Assembly: GCF_041956535.1 (NCBI RefSeq)
Contig: NW_027192220.1
Coordinates: 185,299-249,298, forward strand
Direction of reading: 5' to 3'
DNA: 64,000 bases
DNA from: Calcarisporiella thermophila CBS 279.70
Lineage: Eukaryota; Fungi; Calcarisporiellomycota
Part shown: positions 39,485 to 53,400 of the stretch, in pieces
Layout: each line of letters starts with the position of its first letter
How positions within the stretch are numbered: the first letter of the stretch is position 1
Made by a program: the position numbers and the translations under genes
The notes under the pieces: generated by a model
The model's database searches: none
Told to the model about the DNA's origin: nothing
The model's input: the letters and a program-made list of their open reading frames with translations, nothing else

Positions 39485-39949
39485 TCTCTCTCAGAAAAAA
39501 ATAAAATAAAATAAAAATCTATGTTGTGTTAATGAAGGAATTCAACGAAAATAAAATTGCGCGAAGTTTGTTTGCAAGGGGCAAACATTCTCACGATTCC
39601 CAAGCCACCTCAGGCAGACTGAAGCGGGGTGGACCGAGGCAATAGTATTATGAATGGTATGGAAGATGGTATAGATTTACAAACAATAAGCGAGTAAAGA
39701 AAAAGCCTTAGGAAACAGAGAAAATAGATAAACCCAATCGAAAATATTATCAAAGAAATAAGAGATTAATTTTCAATGACCCTTGGATAGAGAAAAGAAT
39801 ATCACCCCATACCATTATTTCCTCACCAAATGTGTTATATACCTCCCCATCCAACTCTTCTTCACCATATTATAAAAAAAACAAGAAAAACAAACTATAA
39901 AGATATATATATACTTATATCACTTTAAAATGGTATAAAGAGAAATTAT

Positions 39950-40990
39950 TTAATAAGTATGTCTGTGGCGTTTAGATCGCCCGCGATCACCCTCCTCCAC
40001 CAGACTCTCGCCCGAATCTCCAGAAGTGTAGTCCTCCGAGTGCTCGTCCTCCTCACCCACCTCTTCCTCTTCCCCTTTTTCCTCTGCTGCCTCGTCATCC
40101 TCTTCATCCTCTTCGACCTCTTCATCCTCTTCGACCTCTTCATCTGCATCCTCTTCCTCCTCCTCTCCCTCCTCTCCCTCTTGATCTTCATCGTTCTCAT
40201 CATCATTCTCAGCGAATGATGTTTTTCTCCTGGGTCGTAGCATGTATCCTGCACCGGTTTGAGCTTGTTCCGTCTTGTCTTTGGTAATATTGACATCGAC
40301 GTGCAAAGAAGTCCTTCTCCTACTCTTCAAGGCTGGCAATTTTTTTGCTTTCTTTCTCTCTGCAATTTCCTCTTCATTAACACTGTTGCGTTTCCCCGTA
40401 CCCTTCTTGTTCGACTCAGCCAAAGGCTGCTTTACATTATCGCCTCTCGCAGCTTTTTTGGGCCTCAAATAGCGCCTCCGCGCATTGATGAACCAATTGC
40501 TTATCTGGCTATGTGTCAAGCGAGTATCACGTGCTAATTGTTGCTTTTGCTCCTCCGTGGGATATGGGTGGCGAATATGTTCGTTGAGCCTGTGAAGACC
40601 AATACAAGCTCTTTTACTAACTGACAATGAAATAGTTATAGAAAATGATACATACCAGGCACGCAGAATGGCAGTAGTAGGCTTGGGTAGGTTACCTCGC
40701 CTACGCTTAAGAGTTACTACGTCAGTTTTGCACAGATTATCTGAAGGAGATGAGGCCGAGGAATAGGCCGAGTCTGCGATTAGTAAAGGAGGAGATTGGG
40801 AGGGCCTATACCGAATGTGCTCGAGGAGGGCTTCGTGGTCTACCCATCGGAAAGCTTGTCCATTAATATGAATTCCGAAAAAAAAAACGCGATAAATTAA
40901 ATTTTACATTTGCAATTCTGCGCAATGCGCTCCCATTGGTGGCCATTCCCAATTAGCATTTCTCGGATATGCAACTTGTACATGCGGTAT
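39950..40990 (-). CDS. TALE/KN homeodomain transcription factor with acidic C-terminal tract (5' end uncertain)
   Basis: [18 protein letters not shown]|[39 protein letters not shown] (PYP loop and WFINARRR); E/D-rich tail. Confidence 0.85.
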
Positions 40991-41595
40991 GCATCATGGT
41001 GTCGATCCATCTGTTGACGCTCGTCATGATAGAGTACGAGGGGTGTAAACTGGCGCTTCTGTTGGATTTATAAAGAACGGGGAGGGTTAGAATTCGGTCA
41101 CTCACTTTAAAGTGAGACGGAAAATAAAGGGATATATATGAAATGGGCTAGTAATATGAATACTAGACAGGGAAAAAACAAACAAGAAAGAGTTAAACCA
41201 AAACATAAAATTTAATTACCTCCCGATCCCCGCTAGCCATCAGAACAAAGGGTATAAGAGATGGGATGGAATTTGGAGAGTCTTGGTTTGTGAATTAAGA
41301 GTGAATTACGACTTTCAGCATAGGTAAGAAAAAAAAGAAGGGAAAAAAAAAATAAAAAAATGGAACTGAGATTTTGAGGCTGACAGCGCAATCTACACGT
41401 CAGTTTATGAGATACCTGTGTACGCTGTCAAACCGATGAAATCATACAGCTAGAATTATATGCAAATAAGAATAGTGTCTTCCATTCCCTCGACATAAAA
41501 AATAGCGCAAATAAGAAATAAGCAACATATAAAAGAGAAAAAAGAAAAAGTATTAACAGAAATACAAATGCACCCCTTTCAATATAAAAACAAGA

Positions 41596-42816
41596 TCAAA
41601 ATCGCTTATTGTTGCTTCGTTGCATCATTCGGTATCCTAGTACACAAATACACACCACCCCACAGAACATGGCAAGCTTAATATAGAACATGAAGACGGA
41701 CCAAATGGTCTTCTTCGAGATGAAAGAGGAGGTTTGGGGTACCTAATGAGAAAAGAGTGTTTCATTAGTTAGGATGGCCCCATTGAATCCTACCCACGGA
41801 TGGAAAGGCACTAGTTACCCCTGGCTTGGTATTTGGCACGGTGATCAAGCTCTTGGTCTCCACGCTTATTATATCATGATTATCGCTCACATCACCGGTA
41901 TGTGCTGAGAAGCCCAGATAGAACACCGGAGGCAGAGTCACATTATTGAGGGTGAAGCAATGCGTCCACTCATTAAAGTCGGTATACTGGAGCTGGAGTT
42001 CGAGAAAGCTGTCGCGATAATAGGTTATTCTTGCTTTGGTGGGGAATGACTTGGCACGGAAGTCAGCTTCACATCCTGCGATTTGATTCGAAAACCCATC
42101 CTCCCCAAAATCATAGCTGGTGGTCCCGTCCCCTTGCATTGCCATCACGTAGGGGAAGTTGCGACCCTGCGGGTGCAAAATCCAAGTTAAGATCCTAAAT
42201 ATAAAACGAGAATATCACGAGCTCTAGGGCAGAACCACCTACACTCTTATGGCTATTCTTATAGGTATCAAAAAAGATGCCCAATCCTTCGAACTTGTCC
42301 ATGAAGCCAAACACGGGGCCGATTTGCGCTCGTTGCTTGGTTAAAAATACGGCAAAACCATCACCATAGAGATGCCCGCCTTTCCCATCGACCTTGAACT
42401 CGAATTCTACCTCCCAGTTGGGTGCACTGAGTGGCTAAATGCATCGTAATAGTTGTAAATACAGCCAGATATGGAAAACAAAATAAGAGAGAAGAGGTGA
42501 GAGCGCTCATTATTACCAGTCGACTCCACAAGTAACCTTGCAGCGATGGCTGATCTGAAGTCAGCCGTATATGCTTGTTGGTATTGATAATCGCGCTGCC
42601 CCCATAGTCCCACCAGCGATTCTGGAGCCCTTGATCTAGAAGCGACCAAAATGTATTATTGTAAACCGTTATACTTTGTTAAGAATGCATTAATCTCGAA
42701 TAATCACCAATATACGGGGCCTGTAGTGTATGGGTACGCAGAGATACAGATTGTTGCCCAAAGCAGAGAGAAGTGCATACAAATAGCAGCACCAACCATG
42801 ACGCGAATCTTGCCAT
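41596..42816 (-). CDS. L-type lectin cargo receptor (VIP36/LMAN2, Emp46/47-like)
   Basis: Signal peptide, LRTHTLQAPYI, WEVEFEFKVDG, LYGDGFAVF, GPVFGFMDKFEGLGIFFDTY, GFSAHTGDVSDNHDII, a TM helix and a KRF tail. Confidence 0.92.
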
Positions 42817-43163
42817 TAGTTATTTCCCTTGTTTTTGTTTCCCAGAACCTCCTCTAGATAAAATAATAAAGCAAGTTGATTCAAGTCGCCACAATTTCCC
42901 CCCATTTTCTCTTAAATTGCTGGCCCAATCGTGTGTTGTCCCTGAGAGGATTACCAGAATTCGTTATTTTTCTCTCTGAAATCAAACGATAAACCTAATA
43001 GATCTTACATAAAAAGTTTATTTAAGAAAGTAAAAGTTAACAAAGGAGAGGGGTGCGTTAAGAATAATCAAGGAAGTTGGTAAAAAAAGCGGTTTTTTTA
43101 ACATAATAATAACATCAGAATAACAACAAGAGTAGTGGAACTTCCGTCATCACCTGAAATAAG

Positions 43164-44453
43164 CTAGGGTCTCCTCTCGAAAGCTTGGCTCGACACCAAG
43201 TGAGCTACCTCCTGTAAGAAGTCATGAACCCCACTTAAATATTCTTCGCCAAGCAACTCCGTCGAGGGCATCGACGAGAGAAGCTCTGGTGAAGGCGAAG
43301 GGACGTGGAATTTATCCCGGCTAAATCGAGAATCAAACGGCGAATTATCAAGCTTTTCCTCGTTGCCACTCGAGAAATCCTCGATTTCAATCATATCTTC
43401 GTCTAAGCTTTCGCCATTTTCATCACCATCTCCTCTCCCTTCTTCGATAACAAAGTGAGGATTATTTGGATCGATCCCCAGTGATTTTAGTAGCAGCCTG
43501 ACATCTTCTAGCCCTAACGCAAGAGGGAACTCTACTCTAAGCTCCGAGTCCAGCACCCGAAGTTTCACATTATTCCCCAGGCGTAGAAGCTTCTTGAGCA
43601 TACTAATCACAACCAGCGTGTGCCGATGCTGAAGATAGGCATAATCCTCAATGCCGCTTATGAAGGCTGCGTCCAGGGACCGAAGGGTGTTGAAGGGAAG
43701 ATTGCAGCCCCCAAGCGGCGGGATTTCTAAAAGGAAGGAAATGTAAACACGGCTATGGCCGACGATATTCTTCTGCTCTGTGACCGTTTTTGGCGATGGC
43801 TCATTGAGGCATTGTGCAGATGAAACCCTTGAGGAAATGATGGCATCATGACCCTGAATTAACTTTGGCACAACCAAATTTTCGGCCCATTGTCGGGAGG
43901 ATTCAGTCGTCTTGGTGGAAACACTCCCACTGTTGGGCTTCATCGTGGGAATCCTCTGCTGCTGAGCATTGTCAGGGAGCCCTGCACCCATTTTCAAAAG
44001 GACGGATGAAAAAGGCTTCGGTGAAAGGTTTGCAAAAACCGAAGGGGGAGCCTGAAAAGCAGATGGTTGAACAAATGGACGCATCGTCGTGAAATTTCGC
44101 CCACACGCTCGCAGACCCAACATGGGCCTCGTCCTAAGAGGAACCGGCTGCAATGCAAATGGAGAGAATGGCCTCACCGTCCCAGTTCCCCGAAGTGCTC
44201 GAGATACTATTCCGAACTGCGCTGTTGAAGGTAAAGGCTGAGCTTTAATACTCGCTGGAAAATGCTCGAGGATGGCATGAATTATGCGTGATTGTTTTTG
44301 TGGATCAAGTTGGAGGGGTTGTAAATGTCTGAAGTTCAAGATATGGGGTGGAACTCGTTTAGGGGGACCTTTCCCTAGTGCCTCCTCAATCCGGGACGCG
44401 ATCAGGCGCCCCAAAGGATTGAGGAAGGAGAAAACTTTGGCTGGCCTTAGCAT
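43164..44453 (-). CDS. Hypothetical protein, 429 aa, intronless, possibly mitochondrial (Spg5-like architecture)
   Basis: Long uninterrupted ORF with a basic amphipathic N-terminus, RNFTT motif, YISFLL...LRVEFP core and acidic tail. Family call is tentative. Confidence 0.7.
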   Translation of the reverse strand: MLRPAKVFSFLNPLGRLIASRIEEALGKGPPKRVPPHILNFRHLQPLQLDPQKQSRIIHAILEHFPASIKAQPLPSTAQFGIVSRALRGTGTVRPFSPFALQPVPLRTRPMLGLRACGRNFTTMRPFVQPSAFQAPPSVFANLSPKPFSSVLLKMGAGLPDNAQQQRIPTMKPNSGSVSTKTTESSRQWAENLVVPKLIQGHDAIISSRVSSAQCLNEPSPKTVTEQKNIVGHSRVYISFLLEIPPLGGCNLPFNTLRSLDAAFISGIEDYAYLQHRHTLVVISMLKKLLRLGNNVKLRVLDSELRVEFPLALGLEDVRLLLKSLGIDPNNPHFVIEEGRGDGDENGESLDEDMIEIEDFSSGNEEKLDNSPFDSRFSRDKFHVPSPSPELLSSMPSTELLGEEYLSGVHDFLQEVAHLVSSQAFERRP

Positions 44454-46251
44454 GCCTTAGAGGATGATTAGCCTCTCTGCGCAAGTGATTATAAGGGAAG
44501 CGAACAAAATCCACGGAATTTTTTTTCCAGCTTGGCGTGTGACTTCTTCTTGCTGCGTCGATCGATGCGATTTAAAATGGAAATTTCCGTTCTAAAACGT
44601 TTCTTAAGCAAAGAGAGCTGACAGGCCATCCTATTAAGTCCGTGTTTATAAAAACTGAATTTCAGACATTTCCAAGTACACTGTCCAAGGATACTTTCAG
44701 ATTAAGACTAGGGACAATCCGGTATGACTACGTACGGCTACTCAAATCCCGCTCTATTCTCATGAAAAACACCATTGTCCACTTCTCGACGCAAGAGTTC
44801 CCCTGCGTATATTTGGAATGAGAATTCTCGGCGGATGCCGAATATCTATATACGCTATATGGAATCGACACTACCGACACGAATCTTCTCTCCCAACAGT
44901 AACCTTCTCCTTTTGGTGTCCATGACACGAGCGATGGCTGAGGTGGGTTTGCTTCGATCAACTTGGTAATGCAGAGATGTCATATCCACTTCTATCAATT
45001 TATTGAGGGAAGAGGCTGTTCAAGAGCTAATCTTCTTTTATTTAAGTTGGGGTAGAGACTTTTCTCTTACACAATTGCCGGTCCAGTACTTCTTTTCCTT
45101 GTATTTCGGAGCCGGTGTCTTCTCCACTGGAAAGAATCCATTTCACCGACACTCCTACAACTTGTACGTGCTTGCAGAGCAACCCTTCTTGTGTCGGTGT
45201 GTCTCTGGCTCAAATCCGGATTGTTCTTCGTTTCACTTGTTAATAAAAAGTTAATTTGCTCGGAGGCTTTCCTAGAGCTATTTATACAGCTTAACTTCAA
45301 ACCTTCTTATTCAGACGCACTTGTCCTTAGCGACTTATTTCCATTTGCATAGATGATCAAGATAATGCAGACGGGTCCAGGGCAGTGGCGGCGCTTGAAG
45401 TGCTCGTAGCCACCGATTTCCATACCCTCCTGGGCGAGCTAGGTTACATCACACCAAACCTTGCCATATTATTTTTCCTGTGTTATGGACAATCGCTATG
45501 TCCACAAGGAACTTGTTTATTTATTCGCGAGCCCCCTACCAGACGAATGATGGGGGGGAAGATCTGATTGGCGGAGAGCCAGGAGATTAGGGCCGTCAAT
45601 TACTCGGCGAAACCGCGGTAATCAGCGCTCGAGCCCTTCGTTATGAATCCGAATACTCGTGCGCAATCGCGCTGCCCTTGGGCTGCGAGTGGGGGAATCG
45701 CCCGAGCCACCAGGCATGCCCACCCAACAAGCATAGAGCGAAGGATGAGATGGTGAACTCAAAATGATATTTTCTTCTTACAAGTTGTGAAACAATGTGG
45801 AGCATAATTTCCCTAGTGAGTTTGAATTGGTGGTTACTCAAATAGCAGCGCTTGGCCATTTCCGCGAGTCGAAACCACGAGCCCCCTCCAATGGCCCAAC
45901 AACATTTGAGAAACACCTGCGGAAAGGGGGGTTGCGCCTGAGGCACAATGCCAAAAATATTTTAATGGACGTTAAAAAAGGCGGGGAAATCCCTTCCTCT
46001 TGGGCTTCTCTCTTCCTTTTCTCTTCCTTTTCCCCTCATAGCGCCGTTTCCTTCAGTTGCATTCTCTTCCATCGGATACTGGGGCATAGATTCTCACCAC
46101 CTCCTTCTCCGTATCCCCTCTCCCTCTTTTTGGTTCATCCGAATATCTACCGTGTGTTTCTCTTCCCTTGCTTCTCCCTTGTACTTTTCTTGCCCGTCGA
46201 AAGTGTTATATCATCGTCAAGACTAAGCGCACTGCAGCTATAGACACAAGA

Positions 46252-48214
46252 ATGTCCTCGCAGCTCCCCTCTAACCCCATCCTCCGCTTCATTGTCTGGC
46301 ATTACACTAATACATCCTACAATCGCTCCGAAAAGCAGCTCGAGCGCGAAAAGCATGTCCTTGGTTTAGTCCCCTTCAACCGCTGGCTCCTCATGCCTGC
46401 TGCGGTCCTCTTTCAGCTGATTTGCGGTAAGTACAGGGCTCATTTGTCATCGAGCATCCTGCTCGGTATTTATGCCTTCTTAACGCTCCCTTCAGGTTCT
46501 CTCTACGCATGGTCGGTTTTCAACAAACCCATCGACGTCGCTATTTACGGAGCTGATAGAGTAAGTACAGATTTTTTCTATTGTGTTCTGGTCTCGTGGT
46601 CTCTTCAATTCTAAATTTGTGCAACTTAACCCAAAAGGGGATGGCTCCGACAACGTTCTACATTGCGGTGGGATGCTTCGGTAAATCCAACTGATCCGAA
46701 GGACAAGCACCTTTCATTTTATCTAATCAGGGCATTGGTTGTCTGAATAGGTCTTGCTGCTGCCATTACTGGGCCTTGGCTCGAGAGAAATGGCCCAAGA
46801 ATTGGCGCTTACACCGGCTCCACGCTCTTCTTGCTCGGCAACCTCCTCTCAGCGGCGGGCATCCATTTCAAGCAGATAGGTCTCGTCTACTTCGGCTATG
46901 GAGTGGTGGGCGGCACTGGGCTAGGGATCTGCTACATCTCGCCGGTCTCGCCTCTCCAGAAATGGTTCCCCGACCATCGTGGCCTGGCCAGTGGGCTAGC
47001 GGTGTGTGGATTCGGCGCGGGATCCATCGCTCTTGCGAAAGTGCCTCTTCCCCTACAGGCTTTGGTCGGCCTTCCTCTCACCTTCGTTATCCTTGGATGC
47101 ATCTACTTCGTCGTGATGATTGCTTGCTCTGTAGTTTTCCGAGTGCCACCTCCTGGATTTACCGTCAACGGGATGGACATCAGTGGCCGCTCTGCCGCCA
47201 ATAAATGGGATAATTCAGACAATAAAGAGCAAATGGTCGGAGACGAAGAGAAAAAGGACCCCGAAGCCCAAGTCGTGAGCATTGCGCCCGAGCCAACCAT
47301 CTCCATGACGCTCATCGAGTCCATCTTTAGTCGCGAATATAGACTCATGTATATCATGTTTTTCGGAAATTGTAAGTTGAATAGAATGACGAGCGGTGGC
47401 AACGATGATTCTAATGCATTTTACTCTGCCACCCCTTCCCCCCCATTAGCAATTGCTGGGTTGGTCTTCATTTCGCGTCTCTGTAAGTGTTTTCTCTCCC
47501 CCTCTTCATACAGAATGTAGGATTCTAAATCGCGTATCTCTTCCAATAGCCAACATCATCTCCGACATCTTTGGGAAGGGCAAAGATGAGGCTGCGACGA
47601 TAGTGTCCATTAACGGTGGCTTCAACCTTGCAGGGCGGCTGCTCTTTAGTGCGGTATCAGACTATGTGGGAAGAAAGACTTGCTTCGTCTTCATGTTGAC
47701 GGTTCAAGTCATCATCCTCGGGTCCCTCTCCACCACTATGTTTACCCAGGCCTACTGGGCACACAACATCATCGTGTGGATTCTGACCTCGTGCTATGGC
47801 GCCGGTTTCGGAATCATCCCTGCTTTCCTCACCGACATGTTCGGCCCATCCAACATAGGTGCCCTCCATGGTATCATTCTCACCGCATGGGCGATTGCAG
47901 GGGTGGGGGGCGGTCTCGTGTTCACCGCCGTGTACAACTCGCTGATTGCAAGTGGGCAATACACCGCCAACTCCGTCGAGGTGTACAGCATCAACTTGTG
48001 GTGGATCTTTGCCGTTGCCCTGGTGGGCTTCCTCTTTTTGCTGCTGATTCGAACCAGCGTGCGAGATAGATTGATGCCGCCCGCCGAGGGAGAAATCCTG
48101 CGTATTCGCTTCTTTGGGCAGCTTATTCGCCTGCGAAAGTCGGGGGTTGAGGTCGTGTCCAAGAAGAAGGAGAACGAGGAATGGGAGGAGTTCTACATGC
48201 AGCAAAAGAACTAG
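46252..48214 (+). CDS. MFS transporter, oxalate:formate antiporter (OFA) family
   Basis: GSLYAWSVFNKP, GPWLERNGPR, GLGICYISPVSPLQKWFPDHRGLASGLAVCGFGAG, FNLAGRL and YGAGFGIIPAFLTDMFG. Confidence 0.92.
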
Positions 48215-48926
48215 AACATTGTTTTGGATATGATACACTTGGCTTCTCTTGCATACATTTTTTTTTATCTTCTCATCTTATTATCAGAACAACTTTTTAA
48301 TTTTCTTTCCTTATTTATTAATCTTTTTTTTTTTGGACGCTTTGGATATTAAACTAACGTTTTTATACCACCTTACCATAGTGATTAGTCACCGTATTTC
48401 TATTAATATAACTTGCCCCCTACTTTATTTGTTTACCTTTTTCATATAATCAAACGTTTTATTAGACTAGGCCGTATGAATAGAGGTACGATTTCTTTCT
48501 CTTAACATTAACGTTAACGTGGAAGGGTCCCTTGTTTGTTGGCTTGGGACCTTATTCATAAGCAAATCGCATCAAGCATAACCAGCATATGGGCGGTTTT
48601 CTGTATTGAGGGAGCATACCTGCAACAAAGTGTTGCGTATTGGGCAAACGGTTGACGGAGATCAATGTATTAGAGGGGAGATAGTGCTAAAGAGCAAGCG
48701 TGGGTTGTGTTTAGGCTTGATATTGATCAACTTCACTTTACAAACGCGTACATAGGGGATGAATAACCAAAACTAACGAGAGACAGGGCGAAAGAACGAA
48801 GGCGGATATCAAATGAGAGAGAATAAACAATGAAAAATCGTTTTAAACTACTTTGGGAGAGGGAGCACTGTACTAGGGAATTGTAAAGATATTTACAATA
48901 CATATTAAGCGGTTCTTTATCCGTTA

Positions 48927-49532
48927 TTAGTCCTCCTTCTTCTCCCCCTCATTCACCAGCTTGCCCACGATGTTGTACTTGCCCTGGAAATGGGCCTCCC
49001 ATTCATCCAGGGCCTCCCGCTCTTCCGCGGTCAAATCCTCAAGCGTGTCAATGGGTTGGTCAAGGGGAGTTAGCATTTCGGTGGAGAAAGACTCCTTCGC
49101 CAAGCCGCGCGAAGCATCGCGGCCAGCAAAGTTTCCATAAGGCCCGTCTATCAATTAAGACCAGGAAAAACGTCAGCCATTAGAAATTATCCAATGATGG
49201 TAACGAAGTAGCCAATTAGTCATTCAAAAGTGACATTTACCGGGTCCGTAAAAGTTTCGGCCGCGTGTTACATCGAACACATTGCCTTTAACTGCTAGTA
49301 GAATGGGAGCGCTCGGATCTTCACGCCCATTGAAATGAGCCAGTTCACGAGGGGTGTAATGGCGGAATACGATCACGGACGGATGTCTGGGCTTTGGAAG
49401 CGCAGCAGGGCGGGTGAAACAGTTACGGAGGGCGTACACTAGCACGGCGAGGAGAGCCCAATTAATCGGATTGGATTTGAGTTGATCGACAAGCGTGGTA
49501 AGTGAAAGACTGAAATTCGGCATCCTGGGCAT
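48927..49532 (-). CDS. DAP1: Membrane-associated progesterone receptor / Dap1 (cytochrome-b5-like heme binding)
   Basis: N-terminal TM helix, YTPRELAHFNG, LLAVKGNVFDVTRGRNFYGP|DGPYGNFAGRDASRGLAK and W..HF..KY..VGKL. Confidence 0.93.
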
Positions 49533-50176
49533 GAAAAATATTGATGGTCAGAAGGCCAAGAGAGTTGCAATTTTTGCCACGAAGTGAAAAAAAAAGTGCT
49601 ATTTCTATCCTATGTTATGTTAAACTTCCAACCACACCTTCGGGATATTGGCAAGATAGTCTGGAGCAATTAGCCGCGGAAACAGCCCTACCGGAACCTG
49701 AATTTATACTTGGATGATTCAATTCCCAACGAATACCCACCCCAACCTTGAATATCGATGGTAGGGATCAGCTCGCCTCACTTGGAGTTGGACTATATGA
49801 CTTCACTTTTCCGACAATGGACTTGCTCCTTGATTCGCGTGTCCCCAGGCTCGTAAGCAAACCCTTTATGGCTAAATCCGAGAGTACCGAAGGATAAAAA
49901 CTCTCCCAAAATAAAGAATAAGCCATTAGTAATGAATAAAGCGCCTGTAATCCCTGTGCTGATACTCAAATCCTTTGGTCAGCCACACTAGCGAGGCTAA
50001 CTGATCATCGATGTGAACCAATCGGTACAAGGATCTAGGAAAGCAGAGGTCCAGGGAGGGTTACAAATTAGTTGAATTTGTAAAATATCCTCTCCTCAGA
50101 AAGGGACGGCAAGATAATCAAGCCCAAGTGAACTAGGTAAACATATCTATTTCAGTGAGCTAGCTGAATGGGCGTT

Positions 50177-50210
50177 TGGTGGTGGTGGTGGTGGTGGTAG
50201 GTGGTGGTAG
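50177..50210. repeat. (GGT)n microsatellite
   Basis: About 10 GGT units with one interruption. Confidence 0.85.
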
Positions 50211-50481
50211 TTCCCGTCTCTAATGTCGCAACAGTGAAATCTTTTTTCCTAGGACGCGCATGGTTTGATACCCAGAGTGGGTTGGGCTATTGACGCTTCA
50301 AATCAATAGGACACAAGTCCTAGTGGATGGGTACTTTTTTTGCAAAAAAAAAGGCGTATTAACAAGGCAAATTACAGGATAAAGCAGCAGTAGAGAGAAA
50401 AAGAAAAAAAAAACACACATCTGTCTCTAATTGCAAAGCTGGTAAATAAAAAAAACATGGTGAAAATAGAAGCAACAAAGT

Positions 50482-53400
50482 TCACATCCGCGTCATTGCC
50501 CATTCTCGCTCTCTCTCTAACTTTTCTTTACAGGAGTAGTGCACCACAGCGCCGTTCGGAAAGACCACGAATGCACTGTTCCCAATTCGTTTTGTACATT
50601 GCGGACACATCCGATCCTCGGTGATTTTCACGGCTCGAGACCGATAATAGACCAGCTGCTCTCTGATTTGCACTTGTTCCGCACGAAGCAGGTTCAGCAC
50701 TACTTGGTTGGCTCGATAGTTCTTGTTCGTTTCGCGGATATATTTCTCGAAAAAGGGGTAGAGCTCTGAGATGCGGATCTGCAATGGAAGAAGTCGCATT
50801 GCTTCGAGTGCATTAACCTGAGAGCCGTGTCTGGAGAGGAGTTGGACGGCATCTTCAATCTTGGGGGAATGTCCTTGTGCAGGGAGAAGATAGACTCGCA
50901 GTAGGGAGAGATAAACATCGCGGGTCTGCTCGTCCTCGGGGTCATAGTGACGATTGCAATAGCTGTGTGTGGGGGAAATAAAAGTGAGAAGGAAACAGTG
51001 CGAGCCGGACGAAATGGCAAAATGCACTTACTCCTCCGCCATGCCGGGGTCGTTTAGTTTGTGCACGTAGATGTTCAGGGCTTGGTCATGCTGCCCAATC
51101 CGACTTAGGAGAATCGCACGCTCATGGTATAGACCTATTAAGATGCCAGATTGTAGTTGAGCATTGGCAAAACCATGCCAATCATCACGGATCATGCATA
51201 CCATCGATCGGAAGTTGGCTCAATACTCTCTCTGCCCGATAGTAGGTGGATTGCTCTAGGAAAAGCAGCAGTTTTCTTCGTTCGCTGCTCATCTCTTCGT
51301 AATGGGCTTGGCCGTCGAGCTCTCCATGCTCTTGCATCTTGGCCAGATAGGAGCTAATGAGCCGGTTGTGGAGGTCCGGGGTTTCATCACCTAGGTTGTG
51401 GATGATGTATTCAAGATATTGGATCGAGAGATCAAGCGAAAAGGTCTCTAAATGCTCAAGCACTCGCTCGCGTGGGAGCTCCTCGACGCCAGGGTATTCG
51501 TCCATGAAAATCTGCAATTAGATTGCATCAGCCCCTCTTCCGATGATGGCCGGCGTGAAAACAAACACAAACCTGCATCCCATTTTCCGGGTCGACTTCA
51601 AGCACCCATGTCGAATATTCCAGAATCAGATCAAGGTGCTCGGAGTCCAGTCGCTGCAGGTAGGAGACGGTCGGCCAGATGCCCCGCAGCGGACCCTCGC
51701 CCGACTGTCCGATCCTGTTAAACACACAAATTGCAGTTAGACCTAATAAGGAATAGGAATGTGAACCTCAACGAGTAGGACCCGTACTCTTTCAATAGGT
51801 CCAGGGCTTTGCGATGCAGTCCCTTCCCGTTATACATATCCACTAGCTCTCGATACCTCTACAAGAAAAAAGGTTAGTCTCTATTCATGAGGCTCATCGA
51901 ACAGCTCAAGCGCAAGCAACCTTTCGTTCCAACAACAAGTGCTCCACCTCGTCCACCCGGCAATGGTTTTGCACTCGTAAAAGGGGGCCCACCAAGGCTT
52001 CATTGGTCATCATATAGGCTTTTAGCAAGGTCGTGTCCACCAATTGCGCCATGGCACTCAGTTCTTCGTCGCTCTTTGCGTCCATCCCGGATCCAGACGA
52101 GGACACGGAAGATGCCAAAGGCACCGGTCGTGACCCATCCTCGGCCCGCTGATGCTCACGCTGTTGGAGGGCCTTGTAAACTTTCTGGCGTCTATCGGTC
52201 AAAAACCGGATGAGATACTGCGTTGCTTCCTTGAGATCGCCTTCACTCAATGGAGATGAAATGGTTTCGTTGTCAGAATGGCTGTGTTGAGAGGCATCTT
52301 CCTTTTGATCCCGTAGATCTCGCCCCTCCTCTTCTGTGCCGTCCGAGTCGGGTGTCTCCGATGTCTCGGCATCCCTTTTGTCGTCTGCTTGGGCTCCGTT
52401 TGGTTTTGCACTCGCAAGCGAGCCGGCAATCGTTTCAGGGTATAGGGCAATGACTTCGCTTGGATCGGTTTCGAGCTCTTGGAATATTAGGATGGCCTCA
52501 TCGAAGCGCTTTTGGAGGAAAAGATAGTGCGCATATCGCGATTGAATTTCGCGCATTTTTTGCTCCTACATACAGACTGTTGGATACACCATTTGGAAAA
52601 GCGACCTACGTACTTAAGAGTTACCTTGTCATCAAATAACACCGGCTCGATTTGTTCCAGCAGACTTAACGCCTCCTCAAACTCGCATTTCTCCACGAGT
52701 TGATCCACCTTTTGGAAGAGCCATGATGCATGATCAGGTTTGCCATCCAATTATCTCGAGAAATGCTCACGAGTCTATATTGAAAATGGGACTTACTTGA
52801 TGAGCAAAGCTGTAGGGTGTAAGTCTTGACAACTGGGTTGAACTTCCAATATAGAGAAGTTTGCCTTGATTGAGCAATCGCGCCTGGGGCAACTCGATGA
52901 TTTGGACCAAAGTTTGCGACGCAATGTTGCGTACTTCGATATGTCTGGGAAGGATGGCAACCAAGTACGGGTATGAATAGCCTTTTTTTTTACAAATGAA
53001 GACAAACAAGAGGACAGGGGTGAATCATTGCTAAAATTCGTCAACCTCACATCACAGCATACCCATTATCTCTGGAGGCTCAGACCACTCGATGCCTTCT
53101 TTTCTAGTAGGAGTTCCGTCCAATCCAACAAAAATGCTAACATCTACACGTAGGGCAGAAGATGGAAGAAAAATCAATTAAAGCTGCATCCATAAATAGC
53201 CAACCACTGAGGCCATTACTCTCTTTCGCCAACAAAATCTCGTTATTTGGCAACCGGGTAATCAAAGGTTTACTGTAGCGTGTGCCAAAGGAAGACACAT
53301 TCGCATAGAGGGTATTCCATGTGCCAAGTGCAGTCGAAGTGTCATGAGTGGGTGGTGGAGTTAATAAGTCTTTGATGTTGCCCGTGTTGATATCTAGTAA

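Noticed and set aside
44728-45300. Protein-like short frames upstream of the OFA transporter
   Set aside because: Interrupted by stops, with no homology I can recognise.
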